This document shows, in pieces, positions 25,906 through 32,000 of a DNA stretch of 32,000 nt. Each line of letters starts with the position of its first letter. The first letter of the stretch is position 1. The notes under the pieces were generated by a model. The model did no database searches. It was not told where the DNA came from and saw nothing but the letters and a program-made list of their open reading frames with translations. Origin of the DNA: Geobacter sulfurreducens PCA (GTDB lineage Bacteria; Desulfobacterota; Desulfuromonadia; Geobacterales; Geobacteraceae); the NCBI RefSeq assembly GCF_000007985.2, contig NC_002939.5:3782129-3814128 (forward strand). Direction: 5' to 3'. The translations under genes and the position numbers were made by a program.

Positions 25906-27785
25906 GACGACGCGCTCCTGGATTTGATGGCCACGGAAAGGATACCGACGGCGGCAGGGGTGACCCCCTGGATGCGTGAGGCCTGCCCCAAGGTATCGGG
26001 GAGAAAGCGAAGGAGCTTTTCCCTCACCTCGGCGGAGAGACCGGGGATGACGGTGTAGTCCAGGTCGTCGGGGATACGGGTCCCTTCCAGCTTGCGCGCC
26101 CGCGCCACCTGGTCCAGCTGCCGCTCGATGTAGCCCTGATATTTGATCTGGATCTCCACCTGTTCCTTCACCGACGGCGGAACCATACCCGCAACCGGGT
26201 CAATCTGCGAAAGCTCTTCATAGGTGATGTCGGGCCGCCGCAAGAGCTGCTCAAACGTCAAAGCATTGCGCAGATCGGTCATGCCGTAGGTTTCGAGGAA
26301 CGACGGATCCGCCTCGGACGGCAGGAGTTTCGCGGTGCGCAACCGTTCCAGCTCCGCACCGATCCGCTCACGTTTTTCCAGGAACAGCCGGTACTCCTCG
26401 TCCCGAACGAGACCAACAGCGTGGCCACGTTCCCGAAGGCGCAGGTCGGCGTTGTCCTCCCGCAGCAGCAACCGGTATTCGGCCCGCGACGTGAACATCC
26501 GGTAGGGTTCGCGGGTCCCCAACGTTACCAGATCGTCGATCATGACCCCGATGTAGGCCTCGTCGCGGCCGAGCACCAGGGGCTCCTCACCCTGCACTCG
26601 CAACGCCGCGTTGATGCCCGCCATGAGCCCCTGCCCCGCCGCCTCCTCGTAGCCGGATGTGCCGTTGATCTGGCCGGCGTGATAGAGGTTGCGGATGAGC
26701 TTTGTTTCAAGTGACGTATGGAGTTGAATCGGATCCACGTAGTCGTACTCGATGGCGTAGGCCGGCCGCATGATCTCAACGTTTTCCAGCCCCTCGATGG
26801 AGCGGTAGAGGCGATACTGGATATCGATGGGAAGAGAGGTGGAGAGGCCCGACGGATAGTATTCCACCGTATCGCGCCCCTCTGGCTCAAGAAAACTCTG
26901 GTGGCGGTCCTTGTCCGGGAACCGCATGACCTTGTCCTCGATGGACGGGCAATACCGGGGACCAACCCCTTCAATAACGCCCGAATAGAGAGGTGAACGG
27001 TCAAGACCGCTCCGGATGATTTCGTGGGTACGTTCGTTGGTGTAAGCAATGTAGCAGGGAAGCTGGGGCCGATCGATCCGTTCGGTAGAAAAGGAAAACG
27101 GCACTGGCGGATCATCTCCGTACTGGGGTTCCAACCGGGAAAAATCGATGGTGTTCCCGTCCAGGCGCGCCGGGGTTCCCGTCTTGAGGCGGCCGACCGT
27201 GAAGCCGAGATCGCGCAACTGGTCAGACAGCCCCACCGAAGGCAGGTCTCCCGCCCTGCCGCCCGGGTAGTTGGTGAGACCCACGTGGATCAGTCCGCGC
27301 ATGAAGGTCCCGGTGGTGAGAATAACCGTTTTACCCAGAAAGCGAACCCCGACCTTGGTCACCACTCCCCGCACCCGACCATCTTCAACCACGAGGCCCG
27401 TGACCTCACCCTGCTTGAGCGAGAGATGTTCCTGTTCCTCCATTACGTGCTTCATCCGGAGGCGATAGAGCTGCTTGTCAGCCTGGGCGCGGGAGGCCCG
27501 TACCGCAGGCCCCTTGCGGGTATTGAGAATGCGGTACTGGATGCCGGTGGCATCGATGTTCTTTCCCATCTCGCCGCCCAGCGCATCGATCTCCTTCACC
27601 AAGTGCCCCTTGGCGAGTCCGCCGATGGCCGGATTGCACGACATGAGGGCGATGGCATCCAGGTTGATGGTGAGAAGCAGGGTCTCGCATCCCATCCGCG
27701 CCGCGGCCAGGGCCGCCTCGCAGCCCGCATGGCCGGCTCCCGCCACGATGACGTCGTACTGCTTTTCGTAATCAATGAGATTCAT
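25902..27785 (-). CDS. mnmG: tRNA uridine 5-carboxymethylaminomethyl modification enzyme MnmG (GidA)
   Basis: 627 aa: YDVIVAGAGHAGCEAALAAARMG, GPRYCPSIEDK, AGQINGTSGYEEAAGQG. Confidence 0.97.
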   Translation of the reverse strand: MNLIDYEKQYDVIVAGAGHAGCEAALAAARMGCETLLLTINLDAIALMSCNPAIGGLAKGHLVKEIDALGGEMGKNIDATGIQYRILNTRKGPAVRASRAQADKQLYRLRMKHVMEEQEHLSLKQGEVTGLVVEDGRVRGVVTKVGVRFLGKTVILTTGTFMRGLIHVGLTNYPGGRAGDLPSVGLSDQLRDLGFTVGRLKTGTPARLDGNTIDFSRLEPQYGDDPPVPFSFSTERIDRPQLPCYIAYTNERTHEIIRSGLDRSPLYSGVIEGVGPRYCPSIEDKVMRFPDKDRHQSFLEPEGRDTVEYYPSGLSTSLPIDIQYRLYRSIEGLENVEIMRPAYAIEYDYVDPIQLHTSLETKLIRNLYHAGQINGTSGYEEAAGQGLMAGINAALRVQGEEPLVLGRDEAYIGVMIDDLVTLGTREPYRMFTSRAEYRLLLREDNADLRLRERGHAVGLVRDEEYRLFLEKRERIGAELERLRTAKLLPSEADPSFLETYGMTDLRNALTFEQLLRRPDITYEELSQIDPVAGMVPPSVKEQVEIQIKYQGYIERQLDQVARARKLEGTRIPDDLDYTVIPGLSAEVREKLLRFLPDTLGQASRIQGVTPAAVGILSVAIKSRSASS

Positions 27786-27832
27786 GACGTCCCGCCGCCT
27801 CCTTTCCCCTTCGTTTCACATCAGAGCTTCAA

Positions 27833-27845
27833 GGATACTGTATCC
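27833..27845. repeat. Palindrome GGATAC-T-GTATCC upstream of mnmG
   Basis: 6+1+6 perfect inverted repeat, 48 nt upstream of the mnmG ATG. Confidence 0.85.
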
Positions 27846-27884
27846 CAGCTTTTTTATCACTACATTCGCAATGTTACAGCAAAC

Positions 27885-27898
27885 GTTTCACGTGAAAC
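27885..27898. promoter_or_regulatory. Perfect 14-bp palindrome GTTTCACGTGAAAC, operator-like, upstream of mnmG
   Basis: Read directly, about 100 nt upstream of the mnmG ATG in a 206-bp lower-GC gap. An extra half-site GTTTCAC lies at 27813..27819. Confidence 0.4.
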
Positions 27899-27991
27899 AT
27901 GATGCCGACATCGGACCAATTTTGAGCTGACCCCTACACCGTGTGGCACGGGGAACCCGCGTCAGCCATGCCCCTCACGTGGCGTTTCGGG

Positions 27992-29362
27992 TCACTTGCC
28001 AATGCAGAATCGGTCAAAAATGACGTCCAGGATGTCGTCCGGGGTTGTCTCACCCGTGACCTCACCGACAGCGGCCAGAGCGTCGCGCAACTCAACAGCC
28101 AGCAACTCAAGAGTGAACCCCGACGCAAGTCCCTGCTCGAACGCGGTCAAGTGCATCGTTGAACGGGACAGCAGATCGCGGTGACGAACCCGGGAGACAG
28201 CAACATACTCACGACTGTCAATAGCAGCTCCGTGAATAAAGGTCTGGAAAATTGACTCCTTCAGCTCATCAATGCCGTCGCCTCGCGAGGTGGAAACCGT
28301 GACCCTAGGCATCAGGACAAGTTCATCGGGAATCTGCACGGCCCGCGGCAGATCGCATTTGTTCTCCACGAGAATGAGTCGCTTGCCGGCAAGGGCAGAA
28401 AGGATCATCCGGTCGTCCTCATCAAGAGGTCGCGAACCGTCGATCACCAGCAGTACCAGATCCGCCTCGGGGATCTTTTCAAGGGTGAGGCGGACCCCTT
28501 CTTTTTCCACAATGTCTTCAGTGTCGCGAATACCGGCGGTATCGATCATCCGGAGCGGCAGACCGCGGATATTGACCACCTCCTCGATAATGTCTCGGGT
28601 GGTGCCGGGTACCGAGGTGACGATGGCCCGCTTTTCCTGAAGAAGGGTATTCAGAAGACTAGACTTTCCCACGTTCGGTTTGCCTGCGATAAGGACAGCC
28701 ACCCCTTCTCGCAGGACCCGTCCCTCGTCAAATCCGGCAATTAGTTCTCCAACCGTTTCGGCGGCTTTCCTCACATGGACCGTTAATGCATCCTGAGCAG
28801 CTGGGTCGATGTCGTCTTCGGGAAAGTCGATGAACGCTTCTACCAGTGCTAGAGCCTGACGCAACTCGGCCATAACCGTGTCGAGCCGTTGGGATAGCCG
28901 ACCCTGGCGCTGGTGCTGAGCCAAGGCAAGGGCAGCGTCGGTCTTGGCCCTGATCACGTCGATGACAGCCTCTGCCTGAACCAGATCGATGCGGCCATTG
29001 AGAAAGGCTCGACGGGTAAACTCACCGGGTTCTGCGAGACGCGCCCCGGCGGCAAGCACGAGTTCCAGGACGCGTCGGGTGACGAGATATCCCCCGTGGC
29101 ACTGGATCTCCAGGACGTCTTCACGGGTGTAGGACCGTGGGCGTACCATGAGGACCGCCATTGCCTCGTCCACGGCCTCGCCAGTGACAGCATCAACAAC
29201 CGACCCATAATAAAAACGGTGACTTTCGAAGTCACCGTTGGAACCGCGCCTGAAAACGCGGCGGGCAATCGAGGGGGCGTCCGGTCCGCTAACGCGGACG
29301 ATCCCGACCCCACCCTCCCCTGCCGCCGTGCTGATGGCGGCTATGGTATCTTCCACGTACAT
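27992..29362 (-). CDS. mnmE: tRNA modification GTPase MnmE (TrmE)
   Basis: 456 aa. G-domain GKPNVGKSSLLN, DTAGIR, ENKCD. C-terminal FCIGK motif. Confidence 0.97.
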   Translation of the reverse strand: MYVEDTIAAISTAAGEGGVGIVRVSGPDAPSIARRVFRRGSNGDFESHRFYYGSVVDAVTGEAVDEAMAVLMVRPRSYTREDVLEIQCHGGYLVTRRVLELVLAAGARLAEPGEFTRRAFLNGRIDLVQAEAVIDVIRAKTDAALALAQHQRQGRLSQRLDTVMAELRQALALVEAFIDFPEDDIDPAAQDALTVHVRKAAETVGELIAGFDEGRVLREGVAVLIAGKPNVGKSSLLNTLLQEKRAIVTSVPGTTRDIIEEVVNIRGLPLRMIDTAGIRDTEDIVEKEGVRLTLEKIPEADLVLLVIDGSRPLDEDDRMILSALAGKRLILVENKCDLPRAVQIPDELVLMPRVTVSTSRGDGIDELKESIFQTFIHGAAIDSREYVAVSRVRHRDLLSRSTMHLTAFEQGLASGFTLELLAVELRDALAAVGEVTGETTPDDILDVIFDRFCIGK

Positions 29363-29368
29363 GGTCCG

Positions 29369-30964
29369 CTACTTGGCCTCCGCCGTACTGATGCTGCGGT
29401 TGATGTAGTACTGCTGAATGATGGTAAGCACGTTGTTGACGAGCCAGTAAAGCACAAGGCCCGACGGGAAGTTGAGGAACATGAACGTAAAGACCACCGG
29501 CAGCGCCATCATCATCTTCTGCTGCACAGGATCCATTTGGGAAGGCGTCATCTTCTGCTGGATGACCATTGTCACACCCATGATGATGGGAGTCACGTAG
29601 TAGGGATCCTTGGCGGCCAGATCGGTGATCCAGAGCATGAAGGGCGCGTGGCGCAACTCAATGGAGAACATGAGCGCCTTGTAGAGCGCGAAGAAGACGG
29701 GAATCTGTACGAGCATGGGGAGACACCCGCCCACAGGGTTCACCTTATGGGTCTGGTACAGTTCCATCATGGCGCGGTTCATGGCCTCACGGTCATTCTT
29801 GTACTTTTCGCGCAACTGCTGCATCTTCGGCTGGAGCTTCTGCATCTCCTTCATGGACTTGTAGCTGGAGTGGGTTAGCGGGTAGAAGATAACCTTTATG
29901 ATAACCGTGATGATGATAATGGCTATCCCGTAGTTCCCGGTGTAGTTGTGGAAAAACTTGAGACTGTGGAGAAGGGGCTTAGCCAGCATCGCGAACCAGC
30001 CCAGGTTGATCGCCCGCTCCAGGCTGTTGCCCTGTGCCTTGAGAACATCGATATCCTTGGGCCCGAAGAAAAGACGATAGGTAAGCGCCCGGCCCTCACC
30101 GGGGTTAAGGGACAGTTCAGGTGAAGAGATGGTGTTCTCCAGATAACCCGAGGCTGTCTTGCGGATGGTTGCTGCCGCCATACTACCCTCGTGAGCCAGT
30201 ACGGCAGAGAGGAAGTACTTGTCAGCGAATCCGGACCAGAGCGGAGCCGCATGAGTCTTTGCGCCCGACTCCAGGTCCTTCACCTTGTCCTCAAACAGTT
30301 TGTCCTGGGCAAAGGTCGCCGGTCCGAAGGTCTCAAACCTGCTCTCCTTGACCTTTGGCACAAGGGGATAGGTCTGGACCGTCTGAACAGGCGAGGATAC
30401 GCGAGCGCTGCCGCTGTTGGTGACCTGGTACTGTATCTCCAGCCCGTAGCCGTCACCGGAAAAGTTATATGTCTTTGTCACCGTGACGCCGGCCGGCGAA
30501 ACCCAGGTGAAGGAAAGCTGCTTCTTCTCGCCGGGTCCTACGGTGAGTGCGTCGGCACTCGGGACAAAGACTGCATTCTGGTCAAGACCGAAACCGGGAG
30601 CGCGGAGGCCAATGGTGTAATTCGACGGATTGTCCTCGGAAACCAGCGTGACGTTCTTGCCGCCCGGACCAGCCGTCTCATGATACCGCTTCAGATCGAG
30701 GCGCTTAATACTCCCGCCCTGGGTGGAAAACGTCACCGAATAGGCAGGAGTGTCGACCGACACGTCCCTGGCGGCAACAGCCGGTTGAGGCTGAGCGGGA
30801 ACAGCCACGGGAACCGGTGCGGCAGTCACCTGCTGAGCCGGCTGGCTTTGCGTCGCAGTGGCAACCGGCTTCGGTGTTTCTTTCGGGGGCGGCGAAAAGA
30901 GTGCCGTGTAGCCGTAAAAGAAGAGAATGGATAGTACAACAGCTATCAAAGCCCTTTTTTCCAT
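29369..30964 (-). CDS. yidC: Membrane protein insertase YidC
   Basis: 531 aa. N-terminal TM, periplasmic domain, conserved C-terminal core NYGIAIIIITVIIKVIFYPL...GGCLPMLVQIPVFFALY...PSGLVLYWLVNN. Confidence 0.96.
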   Translation of the reverse strand: MEKRALIAVVLSILFFYGYTALFSPPPKETPKPVATATQSQPAQQVTAAPVPVAVPAQPQPAVAARDVSVDTPAYSVTFSTQGGSIKRLDLKRYHETAGPGGKNVTLVSEDNPSNYTIGLRAPGFGLDQNAVFVPSADALTVGPGEKKQLSFTWVSPAGVTVTKTYNFSGDGYGLEIQYQVTNSGSARVSSPVQTVQTYPLVPKVKESRFETFGPATFAQDKLFEDKVKDLESGAKTHAAPLWSGFADKYFLSAVLAHEGSMAAATIRKTASGYLENTISSPELSLNPGEGRALTYRLFFGPKDIDVLKAQGNSLERAINLGWFAMLAKPLLHSLKFFHNYTGNYGIAIIIITVIIKVIFYPLTHSSYKSMKEMQKLQPKMQQLREKYKNDREAMNRAMMELYQTHKVNPVGGCLPMLVQIPVFFALYKALMFSIELRHAPFMLWITDLAAKDPYYVTPIIMGVTMVIQQKMTPSQMDPVQQKMMMALPVVFTFMFLNFPSGLVLYWLVNNVLTIIQQYYINRSISTAEAK

Positions 30965-30983
30965 GTCAGCTCCTGATTATTCG

Positions 30984-31193
30984 TTACTTGACTGGATCAA
31001 CGCCGCCCGGATGGAATGGATGACACTTGAGGATCCGGATAGTAGTAAGCCAGAGTCCCTTAACGAGACCATACCGTGTGAGCGATTCGTGCGCGTATCG
31101 TGAACAGGAAGGGTAAAAACGACAGGTAGGCCCCTTGAGGGGAGACAGGTAGCGCTGGTAGATGCCGATGATGTAGAGAATACCCTTCAGCAT
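30984..31193 (-). CDS. yidD: Membrane protein insertion efficiency factor YidD
   Basis: [30 protein letters not shown]...[12 protein letters not shown] is the canonical YidD sequence. Confidence 0.94.
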   Translation of the reverse strand: MLKGILYIIGIYQRYLSPLKGPTCRFYPSCSRYAHESLTRYGLVKGLWLTTIRILKCHPFHPGGVDPVK

Positions 31194-31531
31194 TCCAAGC
31201 CTGCGAGGCGTTCAACAACCGGGCCAAGCTCCCGGCAGACGCCGTGATAATCAAGCCGCTCGGCGCCCTTCTTTGCAATGACATTCAGATCAATGCTCGG
31301 AAGGGCGTCACGATGGTGCCGGTAATACTCCCGCACAAGTCGCTTGATGCGGTTACGTACCACAGCCGTTCCCACCTTGCGGCTAACAGTGATTCCAATC
31401 CGTCTCCGTCCTGTTTCACCTGGCGTCCAAAGAACAATGAAGCTGGACGTATGAAGCTTTCGCGCCGCTGCGGAGAGCCGAAGAAAATCGGCCCTCCGCA
31501 GCAGACGCTCATCCTTGGTAAAACGGAACAG
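31187..31531 (-). CDS. rnpA: RNase P protein component; 5' end set at a CTG because no ATG/GTG/TTG covers the conserved N-terminus
   Basis: My translation of the frame of track ORF 31187..31375 extended upstream: (L)[70 protein letters not shown]... It carries the RnpA RNR motif (NRIKR). Confidence 0.78.
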   Translation of the reverse strand: MFRFTKDERLLRRADFLRLSAAARKLHTSSFIVLWTPGETGRRRIGITVSRKVGTAVVRNRIKRLVREYYRHHRDALPSIDLNVIAKKGAERLDYHGVCRELGPVVERLAGLEC

Positions 31532-31542
31532 GGTCGAACGTC

Positions 31543-31692
31543 CTACTTGCCGGCGATGGAAACCGAAAGTCTCTTCCGCCCCTTGGCACGGCGACGCTTG
31601 ATGACCAGACGGCCGTTTTTGGTTGCCATGCGTACGAGAAAGCCGTGGGTGCGCTTACGCGACGTATTACTCGGTTGATAAGTCCTCTTCAT
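31543..31692 (-). CDS. rpmH: 50S ribosomal protein L34
   Basis: [47 protein letters not shown] 31692 is preceded by GGAGAG; the track start at 31740 is an extension. Confidence 0.97.
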   Translation of the reverse strand: MKRTYQPSNTSRKRTHGFLVRMATKNGRLVIKRRRAKGRKRLSVSIAGK

Positions 31693-31748
31693 GGGTTCTC
31701 TCCGTACAGTGAAAATCGAGGGTGTTCTCGGGGATTGCAAAGAGGATA

Positions 31749-31778
31749 CTTTTAACCACAGAGACCCTTATATGTCAA
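31749..31778 (-). promoter_or_regulatory. Candidate rpmH promoter overlapping a DnaA-box-like site
   Basis: Minus strand reads TTGACA (31778..31773), 18-nt spacer, TAAAAG (31754..31749). The spacer and -10 contain TGTGGTTAA. Confidence 0.5.
31752..31760 (+). promoter_or_regulatory. DnaA-box-like 9-mer TTAACCACA (1 mismatch to TTATCCACA)
   Basis: Read directly from the sequence. Confidence 0.4.
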
Positions 31779-31920
31779 GAGTTTATTTACTTACCCTGCA
31801 ATAAATTGACCTTGCAAATTGGACCACCGTCTGCTAGTCTGCATCTTCCCAAGACTGCCGAAATGGCTGTAAAAGCCACCATTTCACGTTACAACCCCCC
31901 GGTTTTTCGTAGTTATTTAG

Positions 31921-31929
31921 TTATCAACA
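31921..31929 (+). promoter_or_regulatory. DnaA-box-like 9-mer TTATCAACA (1 mismatch)
   Basis: Read directly. It is preceded by the tandem TAGTTATT-TAGTTATC. Confidence 0.4.
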
Positions 31930-31943
31930 GTTGTTGAAAAACC

Positions 31944-31952
31944 TGTGTATAA
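31944..31952 (-). promoter_or_regulatory. DnaA-box-like 9-mer, plus strand TGTGTATAA = TTATACACA on minus (1 mismatch)
   Basis: Read directly from the sequence. Confidence 0.4.
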
Positions 31953-32000
31953 CTAATAAGTTTCACTATCTCCCGGCGAGTACGGGTTCTGAGCGACTGA

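Noticed and set aside
27885-27898. Assigning the GTTTCACGTGAAAC palindrome to a known regulator (Rex, CRP/FNR, Fur, LexA, CIRCE/HrcA).
   Set aside because: Half-site orientation and spacing do not fit any of these consensus operators as I know them. It is kept only as an unassigned operator-like site.
1-32000. N-terminal extensions offered by the track (starts at 1883, 9015, 10510, 11760, 12047, 16623, 18069, 22348, 22757, 25029, 31740).
   Set aside because: Each extension overlaps the upstream gene or an RNA hairpin and lacks an SD. An internal ATG with a good SD matches the expected N-terminus of the family.
1-32000. CRISPR arrays, insertion sequences, integrases, prophage or defence-system genes.
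   Set aside because: I saw no regularly spaced direct repeats, no terminal inverted repeats flanking an ORF, and no transposase-, integrase-, nuclease- or helicase-type products in any frame. Apart from three genes with no recognisable family (3865..4437, 22410..22712, 24220..24960), the CDS are explained by housekeeping or metabolic families.

Overview
GC-rich (about 60 percent by eye) bacterial chromosomal window. All 32 CDS I can support lie on the minus strand. The long plus-strand ORFs in the track are antisense shadows. Reading the minus strand from 32000 down to 1: rpmH-rnpA-yidD-yidC-mnmE; mnmG-rsmG; a glycine-zipper lipoprotein; a thioesterase / GT2 glycosyltransferase / small hypothetical trio; an ACT-protein / def / orphan ABC-2 permease operon; an AhbD/NirJ-like radical SAM-SPASM gene; hemE; slyX; an alpha/beta hydrolase; a 1510-aa single-chain glutamate synthase with its own ferredoxin and a divergent acetate-kinase paralog; bcp plus a zinc-finger thioredoxin interrupted by an in-frame TGA (predicted selenocysteine); then a non-canonical partial complex I cluster nuoA-nuoBCD(fused)-nuoE-DUF488-nuoF-membrane protein-nuoG; phnA; and a PAS-GAF histidine kinase that runs off the left edge and is therefore missing from the ORF track. 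The right edge (31693..32000) is the intergenic region upstream of rpmH and carries DnaA-box-like 9-mers, so the window probably abuts dnaA/oriC. Content and order match what I remember of Geobacter-type Desulfuromonadales chromosomes, but I cannot verify that taxon call here. I found no rRNA, tRNA, CRISPR array, transposase, integrase or phage gene. This is core rather than accessory DNA, and I found no clear novel multi-gene system. Most worth a second look: the Sec-thioredoxin with a candidate SECIS, the 405-bp highly structured leader in front of gltB, a probable homopolymer frameshift at the 3' end of nuoG, the lack of any canonical start codon for full-length rnpA, and the unusual make-up of the nuo cluster. 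The track prints M for GTG starts; several track ORFs carry spurious N-terminal extensions that I trimmed to the start with a Shine-Dalgarno.
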